Source: Marsupella aquatica (taxonomy: Eukaryota > Plantae > Marchantiophyta). Taken from it: a stretch of DNA of 64,000 bases. How positions within the stretch are numbered: position 1 is the stretch's first letter; the number at the start of each line of letters is the position of its first letter. Below are positions 1 through 13,793 of this stretch, piece by piece. Made by a program: the position numbers and the translations under genes. The notes under the pieces were generated by a model. It was not told where the DNA came from. It was given only the letters and a program-made list of their open reading frames with translations, and searched no databases. Where the stretch lies: assembly GCA_973895155.1 (NCBI GenBank), contig OZ316894.1:14523680-14587679 (forward strand), in the 5' to 3' direction.

Positions 1-3000
1 CCTTTTGACACACCCATCTCAACAACTTACCCAACGACCAAAGGGCATCACGAAGATCCTCACTACCCAATCCAATAATAGCAATTGGAATAACATGTTG
101 CAATAAGCGATGATAATCATGGGTCTTCAAGAAAGCTGGCCATTTTGGAGAGTCAAGTCCACCAAATGCCTTGCGAAGATTGGCACCATACCCTGTAGGA
201 AATCGCATAGACCCTATGCGTTTGCGAAACTCGGTCCGCTCACCTCGTGTCAAAACCCAAGGAGGATGAATAGTAAGGGGGGCATTATCGGGATCCATAG
301 ATGGCCAAAAACCATGAGGGCCATGCATCCCCATCTCTTCACAACTCTCTCTCCAGTTGTTGTCTTTCTCTCCATGTAGGTGGCGAATCAAGGACCTCCC
401 AACATTTCCCTCAATGTGCATAGGGTCAAATAAATGGTTAAGTGGCATCTCAGCCCAATAAGGCAGTTGTGACAATGCAGACAAACAAGTCATGCCACAC
501 CGGGCATATTGCAATGGGTCATCTGGATTAGATACTCTCTCCCATACCTCTTTCCAATATGCAGGATCTTTTGGAATAGGTTGTGGTTGTCTGTCTGGTT
601 GGCCATCCTTAGTGTCATATAAAAAGGGGTCTCTCCTCCAATCATGGTCTGGAGGGAGGTACTTGGTGTGACCAATATACACTATCTTCCTCAAGGTCTT
701 TGACTTTGGCCGCGCTATTCCTTCCAAATCAGGTCCACAAGTTGGGCAAGCTCGATATCCTGATGTGGTCAGGCCAGAAATATATCCAAACCCTGCATAT
801 AAATATATATCCCATGCATAAGTAAATAAGTTTATTAAAAGATATATGTGCTTCTAGCTAACTCAATACATAACAAAGTATGCTAGGTACGGTTGCCTAG
901 CTATGGGAAGGGATAATTTAACAAAGATTCATACCTGGAAGATCATGTATGGTCCACATAAGAATGGCCTTCAACTTAAATTCTTGACGTAAGCCCCCCG
1001 TTTGCACTCGACCATCATAGCAATCCACACCACTCCAAAGCTTTTGTAGCTCCTCAATCAATGGTTGCAAGTACACATCAATTTTTTTCACTTGCTTAGG
1101 ACCAGGGATAATCATGGAAAGGAGCAAATGACCCTTCTTCATGGACATCCATGGAGGGATGTTGTAATTAGTAAGGACCACTGGCCATAGTGAATATGGT
1201 TGGGCCTTACCTGCTAGTGCAAATGGGCTGATGCCATCCGCTGCCAATCCTAGGCGAACATGACGTGGGTCAGTTCGGAACTCACCCCATCTCTCCTCCA
1301 CAAACTTGTTTGCAGGGGAGTCAACCATCATGCGCATGGTGGGTGGTTGTGAACTCATATCTGAGCGATTTTGGGAATGCCAAACCATATACTCAGCCAA
1401 CTCAGCACATCTATATTGGTGGCGCAAACGAGGTATAAGAGGAAAGTACCTCGTGACCTTCTGAGGAACTTTTCCCGTCAACATGTCCTCACGATACCTA
1501 GGCTTCTCACATGTAGGACATGACGTTGCATCTTTATAAGTACCTCTAAACAGAACGCAATCATTCACGCAAGCATGTATGACTTCGTACTGCAGACCTA
1601 TGGACTTCAACACCTTCTTTGCCTCTTTCCAAGAGTCTGGCAAGTTGTTTCCTTCTGGCAAGATACAATCATGCAATGTCCGAAAGAGATCATCAAGAAG
1701 TAGGTTGCTTGCTCCATGTCTTTGCTGCAAGTTCAACAACAACATTATTGCTGAAAGACGAGACAAGCGTGATCCATCAAATATCCGAGTTTGCGCATGT
1801 TGACGTGCTTCCTCCCACTGTTTGGAGGCTGAACTCCTTGAACCTTCTTGATGTGGAAGTGGGACCTCAATGTTCTCCCCATCAGCCATGTCATGATCAC
1901 CATCCTCTATGTCATAGAATTGGTGCATCAAGTCATCCATGGCCCTATCTTCATCAACTCTTGATTGGGAGGCATCTGGTTCCTGCTCTGGAACATCCGG
2001 ATCGTCATCTGGTGGTAGAGAGGCATGTCGCCAATCTTCCATGGCCTGCACAAGGTGTTGGCGCATAGCTCGTGGTAACACCCCAACATCCGGCTCAACA
2101 TATGCATTCTATCATACAACGCACAAAATAGATATATACGTTTGAGTTAGCCCATGGGTTCCTAAAAAAACTACAATATTCTTATATTACTTCAAAAATG
2201 GGGAATACACATATGTGCTAAGTGTGGCCAGATCGAATGCCCATCATGGGTGCGTTCCATTCATAGTCACAAAACAACTCATCACCCGCCCTAATGGTCC
2301 GTATGGCTACTGTCATAACATGATCATCCATATGTGTGACATAGTAAGGCGGAGTGGGTGGGCCAAAAATCTGAGCCCACTCTACATTAGGCTGGAGTCC
2401 ACTCCCTCTACCATGTGTACTATTGATGTACCCAGCTATGTTATCTGAACGGACAGGGTCCCCATCAATCATCCTACAATGCCAAGGCCTCCTTAGGACC
2501 TCATCTGGGTCTGAGTCCATCTGCAATGCATATACCCCCCAAGCTGGATGTTGGCGCAAGAGGATGTTCCAACTCTTGGATGTATACACAGGCCCAATGT
2601 AAGGGAAAAGGTGTTCCCCATCATAGCCACGACGCCAAGGCTTTGGAGGGACCTCAATGTCCTCCAAAGCAAATAAGCCTAACCCAACCTCCCCGCCAAG
2701 GGTCGATGCCTTCACTATCCATTGCCGACCCCATATATGTACAGGGATGTCAATGGCTAGGCCACGAGGAATCGCAAAACTCTCAGGGTCAAAATCCTTG
2801 AAGACACTGATTGCCTTTCCCGTCACATATGACAAGCCCAACCTCCCTTCAACTTCTATGTACTCCTCCCCTGGTGGAGGCATAACACTCCTTCTAAAGT
2901 GCTCATGGGATGGGTCTGTGTCTAGAACTACATGCTGTTGTCGATGTCTATGAGAATGTGGTCTTGTGCGTAGAACCCTAGTAGGGGGCGGTGCATCATC

Positions 3001-3521
3001 CCTACCATGCCCCAACTCTACCACTATGGGTTCATGAACAACATCTGCCAGAACATGTGCGGGGGTACATGATTGCTCGGGGTCTTCAACTGATGATGCA
3101 AGCAATTGTCTAGCACCAGCTAGGAATGCATCATGCCATAGTTGACTAGAGACCAATGGAGGACGGGCCCTACAACGCACCTATTCAATCATAAACAAAC
3201 AAAAATTAATACTTGTCTCCTAAAAGGTCTCAAACCAGCCAACTATTATGATAGTGTATCATATATAGCGGAGTTCATGTCAAGCAATACCTGGCGAGCT
3301 GAATATCCCGGTAAATCACCCTCATGTCGACCATAGTTTTCGATGTGTTCAATGGACTGCCACGCTTGACGAACCACCAGTCCTTTACATCTAAGACACC
3401 AGCATGGAATAGGGCCTAATGGAGGGGGTGCTCGAGGCTGTTGAGGGGGAGGAGGAATGTCCCCCTCAGAGGAAGACAAGTCAGAGTCGGAATCTGTATC
3501 CAAACTCTCAGAAGTCGACAT
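1..3521 (-). pseudogene. CACTA TnpD-like transposase (Transposase_21/DUF4218 type), multi-exon, decayed
   Basis: Exon 3521-3291 has the transposase-associated CWCLRC..H motif. The exon from 2108 has IHACVNDCVLF, RYFPLIPRL, RHVRLGLAADGISPF and LMWTIHDLP. Downstream fragments give LFDPMHIEGNV and KTHDYHRL. Confidence 0.88.
2218..3180 (-). CDS. SET-domain (lysine methyltransferase-like) ORF/exon nested in the CACTA transposase gene
   Basis: Open 320-codon frame with GLGLFALEDI, FPYIGPV, IDGD..NIAGYINST (NHS-like), PNVEW and AIRTIRAGDELFCDYEW (ELxxDY). Confidence 0.8.
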   Translation of the reverse strand: MRCRARPPLVSSQLWHDAFLAGARQLLASSVEDPEQSCTPAHVLADVVHEPIVVELGHGRDDAPPPTRVLRTRPHSHRHRQQHVVLDTDPSHEHFRRSVMPPPGEEYIEVEGRLGLSYVTGKAISVFKDFDPESFAIPRGLAIDIPVHIWGRQWIVKASTLGGEVGLGLFALEDIEVPPKPWRRGYDGEHLFPYIGPVYTSKSWNILLRQHPAWGVYALQMDSDPDEVLRRPWHCRMIDGDPVRSDNIAGYINSTHGRGSGLQPNVEWAQIFGPPTPPYYVTHMDDHVMTVAIRTIRAGDELFCDYEWNAPMMGIRSGHT

Positions 3522-4586
3522 TGTCTGCCAATTACACACAAACAAGTCTTTACCAAAATGCAAGATTGATTCATCACCCTAACTTGAGGTAAACCCAAAC
3601 AGGAAATATATAGTATGTTAATAATTTGCAGTGTTGGACTTAATTAGTACCTGAATGATATCCGCGCTCTACAGTGCCTACTAGGCTCTAAGCCTTAGAC
3701 TATATGCTAAGGCCAATCCAAAAAAACCTGCACATACAGGCTAGGTGGGGAAGTTGAAAGATGAGATGACATACATGCAAACCTAAGTAACAAACCAATA
3801 ATTAATGAAATTAATAAAAATCAATGATGAGTTGGATGTCCAATTATAAACTCCCACAAGTAACGCATATATCATGTCAAATATTTCCAATACATTTTGG
3901 AGGATCATATATGTCATACCTTTTGGATGCGCGTACTCTCGCTGTGCATAATGCATTGGCAAAAATAAACCCTACTAAGAAAACCAAGGAAAAGCAACGA
4001 CCCGACCCTCCAAAAACAAAAAATACAAAACGGCACAAAACGGCACTAGAGTGTTAATTTAATTTGTGACTTCTTATAGTCCCCAAAAGTTGCACCATGC
4101 ATATAGCATTGCCTCATGGTCAAAATGGGAATCATTTAAAATCAAACTGGAAATAGATCTGGGTACATACATTCAATGATCATCCATACCCACCAAAAAA
4201 TAGTGTGCTAGCTTTGTCACGGCAACTGTACGTTGATATGCCCGTTTTGCGCCGCACACCTAATAAGCCCACAATATAGCATAATTAACCCCCAACTAAC
4301 ATAAAGGGGGTCATTATAGTATACATGGGATCCAAATGCCAAAGTCCAAATGCCAAGGTCATGCAATTCACAAACCATCAGAAAATACATTGGGAGGGTT
4401 AAGTCCGATACTTTGGAGGAGGGGTCCGATACTAAGTCCGATTGACCTAGAATTGGAGTTTCCGATACAGAAAGTATCGGACGTTATGTATTTTGGGTTT
4501 TTAGGTCACCCGACTAAAGTGCGAAGGCACTCTAGTCGGGAAAAGCATCGGGAGCATTTCACGATACCTTTGCGGAGCTCGTAGCG

Positions 4587-7507
4587 ATGGAAGGGAATGC
4601 GGGAGGGATGGGAGATGGTGCCGGGCCATCAAGCAGCCATGGTGAAGTCATGGCTCAATTGTTTAGGGAGAAGGTGGGGCTCTCGCCGGAGGTTGCATTG
4701 CAGGTAGCCCAGCTCTTTCAAGGACTGATCGACAGCTCCCAGAAGGTAGCCATCACTGATGCAGAAAAAGCTTTCCAAGCCAGACTCGAGGAGGAGAGAT
4801 TGCAGAGGAAGAGGAAACGTAACACTAGGGAGGACGAGAGAGAGAGAGGCCAGTGGAAGCCCTATCACCAAGACAAAAGGAGAAGAGCCTAAGGAGGGAG
4901 GCTCGGGCTGCAGAACGACAGAGAATTCAGGAGGAACGAAAGAAGGCAGAGGATAGGGCCAAGAGGCCAAAATTGTTTCTGAATGAGGGAGGTGCTCCAC
5001 TCTCCAGGAGTTATCGTTTGTTTGGGAGTCAAGTTAGGCAGATTGTGAGGTCTCATTTTGGCCCGATGGACTACTGGGGGAAGAAGAAGCAGGATGAGAG
5101 ATTTCGAATTTGAGAGCAAATCAAAGAGAGATTTTCGAATGGGTCGTTTGTGGACGATCGATTCTTAAACAAAAAGATCTCAGTCTCACTTGCAGACATG
5201 CAAAATCATGTACGAGAGAAGATGCGAAAGTACCTGGCTGAATGCAAACTGGATGAGGAGGTGATCAGGAAAGGGGGAAGCCCAGCTGGTGAGATTCCTG
5301 AGAATGCTTGGTGTGCCTGGCTTGAAGAAGAGTTGCAGGTTCGAGCTTGGCAAGCCACACAACGCTAGGAAGCTGAAATTCAAGCAGCTCAGAAGAAGAT
5401 TGAACAAGGAGAGATGGTGAATACTGCACCCATGCATCAAGAACTTGAAGAATGGTCAGCAAAATCAGCCCTGCTTGGAGACCCACCATCCTGGCTAATG
5501 AAAGCTCTGCTGAGAGTAACAAAGAGGCCAAAGGTTACTCACAGAATGGGGCAAGGCGGATCACAGCGTCTCAAGGCCGATTTTGTAAGTGCTCCATTCC
5601 CCTCCTCTCCATGCATTCCTTCAGCAGCATTCCTCCTCCCTAATCACCTGAGGCCAATTGACGAATGCCTAACCCTTCCAAACCCGGGACAGGTCTTTGT
5701 ATGCCCGTAGGTCGCTCGATCATGCCTTAGTTTTTTTTGCTTTCGGCATGTAAGGTCCGATTCTAGTCCGATCCTCTAAGTATCGGATGCAGCATCGGAC
5801 AATAAAAAAGAATCGGAACTGTCGAGGGTACCGATTCTATTAGTATCGGACATATTCAAATTTTTGAATAGTTTGTGCATGAACGGCTAAGTGTTCTTAT
5901 GGGTCTTTGACGGTGAAGGGTTTATATAGGTGTTTAATTAGGCCAGGGTAGGGTTGCTATAATTGACCTTAGTATTGGGGGTGGCATATGGTTTGGGTGT
6001 GTAGGAGAAAGAGCACGGACGACCATTGTTGCCGGCAGAGAGAGCTGGCAAAGGAGCATGGTGCTCGGGCGCTAAAGATTCACATGGACGACATGTTGGC
6101 CTCGGTAAGTGCGGATATTAGAATGATTTGAAAGATGGCTTCATGCTGGTACGTATGTTGCGGAATGACATATGGATTGGAGATTGTTACTATGTGCAGG
6201 ATGAGTCAGGGGGTGAGGAGGACTTGGAGAGTGAGGAGGATGGTGAGGGGGAGGAGGATGAGGAGGATGCGGAGGATGATAGTGCTTCAGAGGGGAGTGT
6301 GGCCGAGGCTCCAGTACGAGGTTCTACTGGTGCACGTGGCCGGTCAGGACCCCGAGAGAGTGGACGTCACCAGTCTGGTTGGGGTGTAGGTGGCTCCACT
6401 CGCCGGATGGAGCATAGAGCAGGTGATATGCCTCCTTCTCGTCAGAGATTAGCCAGTAGGAGTGGACGGAGTGAGTCCCGGGTTCCAGCCACAGTAGGTC
6501 ACAACCGAGGGGTTCATAGTGAGTCTGGAGTTCTAGCCACAGCAGGTGGTCGAGTGAGGACTGGCCCTGGTGTTGTACCAGGTGGGTCTCGACAACGGGC
6601 TGGTGTTCATACTGGTCATGTCGTTGGCCAGTCAGGAGGTTCCGGCCGTAGTGGTGGAGGTGAGTCTCGCCCTGAGGGGGGTAGTGGTGGAGTTGTTGCA
6701 CCTCGTCAGTTTAGGGCTGGCCCTGGTAGTGTACCAGCTGGTTCACGACAGTCCGGGGGAGGCCTTGGTGGTCATGTGCCCACACCATCTCCTGTTCATA
6801 GTGGTGGTGTAGGCATCCAGTCTGGAGGTTCCGGCCGTAGTGGTGGAGGTGAGTCTCGTCCTGAGGGGGGTAGTGGTGGAGTTGCTGCACCTCGTCAGTT
6901 TAGGGCTGGCCCTGGTAGTGTACCAGCTGGTTCGCGACAGTCCGGGGGAGGCCTTGGTGGTCATGTGCCGACACCATCTCCTGTTCATAGTGGTGGTGTA
7001 GGCATCCAGTCTGGAGGTTCCGGCCATAGTGGTGGAGGTGAGTCTCGCCCTGAGGGGGGTAGTGGTGGAGTTGCTGCACCTCATCAGTTTAGGGCTAGCC
7101 CTGGTAGTGTACCAGCTGGTTTGCGACAGTCCGGGGGGGGCCTTGGTGGTCATTTGCCCACACCATATCCTATTCATAGTGGTGGTGTAGGCACCCAGTC
7201 GGGAGGTTCCCGTCATAGTGGTGGAGGTGAGACTCGGCCTGAGGGGGGTAGTGGTGGTGGTGCTGGAGGGGCTTCTTTCCACACTTGTGTCGGGGAAGGA
7301 GTGCCTTCCCATGGTTCAGGCGCATCTGGAGGTGGGGGAGTACCAGAGATTGCTTCTGCACCTCATCCACATGACGATGGAGGCAGATCAGGTAGCCACG
7401 ACCATGATGTGCTACCTAGTGTGTCAGCGGTAGAGACTCATAGAGCAGAGCAACCTAGTCATTCCCGTGTGAAGAAGAGGAAGACGCGACATAGCTTGTA
7501 TGGATAG
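4587..7507 (+). pseudogene. CACTA second ORF (TnpA/Ptta-like) with Gly/Ser-rich tail
   Basis: Frameshifted, charged helical fragments at 4587-5585 ending in HRMGQGG..L..DF, followed by a GTAAGT donor at 5586. Later exons are acidic and Gly-rich. Divergent from the transposase inside the element. Confidence 0.55.
6629..7262 (+). repeat. 189-bp (63-codon) tandem repeat, about 3.3 units
   Basis: Units begin at 6629, 6818, 7007 and 7196 (CAGTCnGGAGGTTCC...), encoding QSGGSGRSGGGESRPEGG... Confidence 0.92.
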
Positions 7508-8302
7508 TGGACTAGGTAGACATGTATAGATCTAGTACCAGGCTAGCGAGGTGGATAGTTGGAGGGCATTATGTCCATTTGATATGCCCAGCCTTTAGCA
7601 TAGCTAGCACTATGCATGGAGATGTTCTCCATTTTTTGTACTTTTGCCCTCGATATTTCATTTTTGTATATAAGATATAGTTATGCCGTGTCATGCCCGG
7701 GTTTCAAGGTACATAGTGTGCAATCAAAATTGATAGTCTCTCTTGACTAAATGACCTCTCTAAACCCTAGATAAAAACTCAGTTAAAGAATTAAATTGCA
7801 CCCCAATTAAACCCCCAATTAGCCCCCCATTTAAAATAGGCCCAATCAAGCTCGCCAAATAGTTTCCGGGTAGATACCGATCCATATCCGATGCCACAAT
7901 CATCGTACTTTTCCATCCCAAACGTATCGCAAAGTCCGATTCTACTATAATCGCAATTTCCGTTCCAAATAACATCGGACATTTCCGATGTTAAACCAAT
8001 CGGTCATTTCCATGTCCAGAATATCGGTCTAGAATCGGACGCCTCCACTAACAGAAAATGCGTGAAACAGACATCCGATTACGCGGGAATCGGACATAGT
8101 GTTTCCCGACAGTTTAGGCGACGGAACTCCCGAATGTTTTGGTATCGGTAGTTCCGATTAGTTTCCGATTGTCATTTTCCGATAAAATTTATATTGGAAA
8201 TTGCGATTCTTTTGGTATCGGACAGGTGAGATTTCCGCGTCGGATTTCCTGAAGGCGTCCGATCTAAATACAATCGGTAAAATGCCTCAAAATGTACTAG
8301 TG

Positions 8303-10063
8303 ACTTTCAAAAAGTGACCTAGGGTTGGTCAACAAACTCCTTAACAAACATGGAATTAACCTTAGGCCCTTCCTCTAGTAGAACCACCAAGTATAATCCA
8401 CAAACAACCCATTCCATCAATCGAAAATGCCTTCACTCTTTACTCTTGCAACTTCCCTCATGCATAATAACTACTTTCGAAAACACCTTCAAGCTCACAA
8501 CAACATTCGAAAATGGCATGAAGACATTCATTCTAACCATTCCATCACTCATAGCCAAAGCAAGGCATCAACACACATCTCAAAAACGAGGATACCTCTC
8601 CTCTAAATGCATAGCAAGAAGGCACTTGTAGCATCATGGCCTCCAAGTAAAAACATGGGTCACAAGCAAGACCCTCCTAGCAAAAATGAATCATCACCAA
8701 GTCTAATCATCAACCAAGCATTCAAAATCCCTCCATAGCCTATCCAAGCTTCAAAACCCTAGTCTCCTTCTCTCATACTTCCTTCTTTCAACCAAATTTA
8801 CTTTCGAAGCTTCAAGTCAAGGAGTTTACAAGAGAGTAGGCCTTCTTAGTGAGCCATCTCTAATGCAAGACTCCCAAGCTTCAACAAGATTAGGTCTCAT
8901 CTCCTCTAAGCTTTCGAAAATCTCCTACAAGTCCATTCTCCTCAAAACTTGAAGCAACAAACCTACATTCAAGTATGCCTTCTTGTGGGCAATCTCTCAT
9001 GCAAGCTCCTTATACTTCCTACTCACATCCTACCTCCTTCCTAAGGCTTCGAGTCAGCCTCTCCTACATTCGAAACCTCTCTCCAAATCCTTAGAAAAAC
9101 CGTCACAAAACTCAATCTCTTCACATTCAAAGCTTCTACTCCATCTATCTCTTCACAAAATTGCCTCTACATCTCCTACCCTCAAAATCCTAAGGCCATG
9201 GCCAAGGAGGAGGGCTCCCCCTTCACTCATGCCTCATGCTCGAGCTCCCCTCAAGAGGTTCGCTCCTACCTATTTAAAACTTACTCAAAGACTCAAAAAC
9301 TGCCAAAAGCGGCAGCACTTTAGCAGCATCACGGTGTGAGAGAGAGCCCACCCTTCGAACTCTCCTCTTTAGTACTCTGGTGGGAAGGCCTGGGGCAAGG
9401 CACAAGCCCTCCACTTATGGTTTAAGTCCTCGACAATTTTCAGCCCTTGATCATCCATCAAAAAGATCTAAGGGTCAAAAATGAGCCAAAATACCATCCT
9501 TTGTAACTTTGTAACCAAATGAGGCTTCGCACTTTCGAAAAAACCTCGACCTCCTCCAAACCCTAAGGCACGTCCTCATCCTCAATCCTATCCATTCATC
9601 CATTGACTCAACCAAGATCCACCGTTGATGTAGGTTCAATGAATCTAGTCCTTATTTCACAAAACTAGGAATCTGGCCCATATCTCACAAAACTGATGCA
9701 CTTGGACCAAACCCTCTTACATGCCTTGAACCTGGTCACCTCCTCCATGTATTCAATGAACCTGGTCACCATGTCGCCAAAACCCTAGATACCTTGCTTG
9801 TTGAGCAAGCAACCTCCATTCCGCCAATCCGCCAAATGATAACTTAATCGCTGGTCACAAATGAAAAACATACCCCACAATAGTAACAAGGGTGGGTAGG
9901 CTCGACCTCATCCCTACCTTGACCCTCATAACTCTACTTCCTCCTTCACATTGGTCAAGTTAGCTCAAGTCAAGTCAACTTGCCAAAGTTAGAAGCAAAA
10001 ATTGGTTTCAACTTCCTTCACAAAACATGAGGATTCCTCCTTTAGGATGGAAACCTCATGACA
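8303..10063. mobile_element. Probable LTR fragment of another retrotransposon, inserted in Copia-1 and itself hit by CACTA-1
   Basis: Non-coding and ends ...CCTCATGACA (rc TGTCATGAGG), directly abutting Copia pol sequence. No partner LTR in the window. Confidence 0.45.
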
Positions 10064-13000
10064 ACGGAGGCATAGAGATAAAGGAAACTCTAATAGCCTT
10101 CCGAATGGGCTTTTACGCCATTAAGATACAGACATTCCATGCAGATACCAATGCACTAAGCCATACCGAGATATGGCACCGCCGCCTGGGGCACCTAGGC
10201 ATACAGATGTTCCACAAGATCATTAAGGACACAAAAGGGATACTGACCACTGTACACCCAACCTCAATGAAAGCCCAATTCCTAGCCTGATCACAAGGCA
10301 AACTGACAATGAAGCCATCACCATCCACCACAGACAAGCAAATCCCACGTTTCCTAGAACGAATCCATGCAGATGTATGTGGCCCTATAGATCCCCCCAG
10401 TGGCCCTTTCCGTTTCTTCTTGGCAACTATCGATGCCTCATCCAAGACCCAAGTATCCCTCTCTCCACACGCAATTTGGTTTTCTCCTGACTATTAGCCC
10501 ACATCCTGCGATTAAAAGCACAATTTCCCGACCACCCCATCAAGACATTAAGAGTTGATAATGCTGGGGAATTCACATCCCATACATTTGACGACTTCTG
10601 CATAGCAACTGGGATAGAAGTTGAATACCCTGTAGCTTATGTTCATTTTCAAAATGGGATAGCCGAATCCCTGATTAAAAGGCTCCAAACCATAGCAAGA
10701 CCACTACTAATGCAGACAAGCTTACCATCATCAGCCTGGGGCCACGCCATCCTACATGTTGCGGCCCTATTAAGATATCGACCATCCGCTTTCAATGCTA
10801 GCTCACCTCACCACCTAGCATTGGACGCACCACCCAACTTGGCTCACCTCCGCACATTCGGCTGCCAAGTCCTGGTACCCATCATGGGACCCAAGAGAAC
10901 TAAACTTGGACCCCAAAGGCAAAAGGGTATCTACATTGGATTTGATTCTACATCAATCATACGCTATTTAGAACCCACCACTGCCGATGTATACAAGGCA
11001 AGATTTGCCGACTGCCACTTCTATGAGGAAATATTCCCAAAACTCAGTACAGAACTGATGAATACAGAAACAATAAACAAGGAGCTTGCATGGCAAATTA
11101 GCTCACAATTTTGGAACGACCCGAGGACAGCCCAAGCTGACACGGAGGTCCAACGGATACTACACCTTACCAGAGTAATTAGAGAGCTCCCCGATGCATT
11201 CGCGGATGTGGCGAAGGTGACCCAATCCCATGTTCCAGCCATGAACGCCCCATCCAGGATAGATATAGACACTCAACCAGCAGCAACAATCGAACCAAGG
11301 AGAAAAAGGGGACGTCCACCTGGAGCCGGGGACACAACCACGCCAAAGGAGGACACCAGCACATACCCCATCAGCACCCGGGCCCCAACAGCCCCTGGGA
11401 CCTGCACCGATGGAAAATGAGGAGATTGCCATCAATTACAACTACACCGGCCAAATCAGGGATAGAGCATCCACACCTATAGATAATGTATTTGCCCATC
11501 AGATTTCACAAGAAATAATGGACGACTTACCTGATCCAACAACGATAAAGGAAGCCCGAGAACAACCTGATTGGCCAGAATGGCAATTAAGCAACCATAA
11601 ACTCGGAGCTAGACTCACTAATATCACGCCAAGTATTCGGACCCATCAAGCCTGCCCAACCTGATACGCACCTGACCGGCTACAAATGGACATTCATTAA
11701 GAAGCAAAACGCCCAGGGAGAGATTGTGAGATACAAAGCCCGCCTAGTAGCCAAGGGATTTACCCAAATCCCAGGCAGAGACTACGATCTAACTTATTCT
11801 CCCGTTATGGATGTCATTACATATAGATACTTGATTGCATTCGCTATTCATTACAACTTAACGATGCATCAACTCGACATTGTCACCGCTTACTTATATG
11901 GCCACCTGGAAAATGTTATATACATGGAGGCCCCCCCTGAATTACTAACCAAAGTGGCCTACCATCTTCAAGGGGAGCAGAAACAACAAGAGAATACAAC
12001 AGACAGTGGAGGCCCTTTCGGCCATACAAACAAGGCAGTACTACGTACCACCGCCAAAGTGATTGGATGGAAAGCATCAGACCAGAAAGCACTCGCCGCA
12101 AGAACTCGATTTGCTGTCCAAGTCCTGAGATCTATGTATGGCTTGAAACAAAGCGGACATACCTGGTATAAGCACTTCAAAAACGAGATGCTGGAAATGG
12201 GATTTAAGACATCCAATCTTACCCCCTGCCTATTCATTAAACAAGAGGGAGATGAAATCATAATCGTAGCCATCTACGTGGATGATCTCAACCTATTCGG
12301 CACAACAAAGATCCTGCAGGATACAATCAGAAAACTGAACAGAGTATTCAAGACCAGGGATTTAGGCAGAACTGCTTTCTGCCTCGACCTACAGTTCAAA
12401 TATCTCCCTCAAGGAATACTCCACCAATCGACATAGACCCGCCGAATGCTGAAGCAATTCAACATGCACATGGCAAAATCAGTCAGATCTCCCATGGACC
12501 TTCGGTCACTGGACAGAGACAAAGATATATTTCGCAAAAGAACAGAAGGGGAGCCACTACTTGGCTCCAAAAAGCCCTACTTGTCAGCAATAGGCGCACT
12601 GCTCTTCCTGGCATCTCAAACTCGCCCGGACATTGCTTTCGCAATTAACCTATTGGCCCGCCATAGCTCATTACCCACCATCAGACATTGGAATGGGATC
12701 AAGCAAATCATGCGCTATCTGAACGACACCACGGACCTTGGACTTCTTTTCCTAACAAGACGGACTTCACACTATCCGGATACACGGATGCAGGATACTT
12801 ATCCGACCCCACCGATGCGAAGTCATAAACAGGATACATCTTTATGATAGGACCTACAGCAGTATCGTGGAGGAGCATGAAACAGACCTTGACTACAACC
12901 TCTTCAAACCACTCAGAGATTATAGCTCTCTATGAAGCAAGCCGCGAATGCCTCTGGCTACGTAACATAATCAATTACATCCACGAAACCACAGGTATAC

Positions 13001-13275
13001 CTAAACTAAGTTCTCCCACTATTATTTACAAAGATAATCGACCATGCATAGAGCAGATCTCAACTGGATTCATTAAAAGCGATAGAACGAAGCATATTGC
13101 ACCCAAGTTCTTCTTTGCACATGAACAGTAGGGAGATACAATCAACGTCCAATGGATCCCCAGCTCTGTGAACAACGCAGATCTCTTCACCAAATCTTTA
13201 CCCCCGGTTCTACACACCGCGCTCACTAAATCTATCGGGATGCGTAGTTTACTTGAATTAACACAGGAAACTTGA
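10064..13275 (+). pseudogene. Copia (Bianca-like) pol: GAG-pre-integrase, integrase, RT, RNase H; many stops and frameshifts
   Basis: WHRRLGH, FLERIHADVCGP, KRTKLGPQRQKGIYIG, DPRT..EVQRILHL..LPDAF, RYKARLVAKGF, YGLKQSG, IYVDDL, RTKHIAPKFF. Confidence 0.93.
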
Positions 13276-13793
13276 CAACGAAAGAACCAGCTGATTGAGG
13301 GGGAGCACGAACTTCACTGCAACCATGAACAGAAGCGAGTCAAAACCGATCGAGCAAGACTTCAATGCAAATAGAGTCACAATCATCAAGCGGATATCAA
13401 AACAACGACTTCCACCCCATGCTGCAATGAAAGTTGATCGATATCACACATATCGACCGCTCAAACACCGAGCGACTGAAACCGACAACCTAATCTACCA
13501 TACGACCTCGAACTGCCCAATTACTTTTACAGACAGCAACTTCAAAACACTTTAGAATACCATAGAACAACGCATAACGTACATATCCTTTTCTTACATA
13601 GTTTACATTTCTATAATGGAAAATAAGGGAAGGGGTGGTAATACTCTTTCCTCCCGCAAGAAAGGAGGGGAGGTTTTAATGAGGTTACACCCCACCTTTA
13701 CCACACAATAAGAGAGAATAGAACTTAACTTCCCATAGGTAGACTTTAAATGTCTGCACCTTTACCTCTATAAAAGCTGCATCCAAGGGGGAG

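Larger units (their letters stand above)
1..8302. mobile_element. CACTA (En/Spm) element 1, left part outside window
   Basis: Right terminus ...AAAATGTACTAGTG ends at 8302 (rc CACTAGTACATTTT, matching the CACTA-2 terminus at 17263). Dense TCCGAT/ATCGGA subterminal motifs at ~7880-8280. Internal TnpD-like transposase. Confidence 0.9.

Noticed and set aside
6128-7507. Host glycine-rich cell-wall protein
   Set aside because: Lies inside CACTA-1, has no signal peptide, and is explained by the tandem repeat in the TnpA-like tail.
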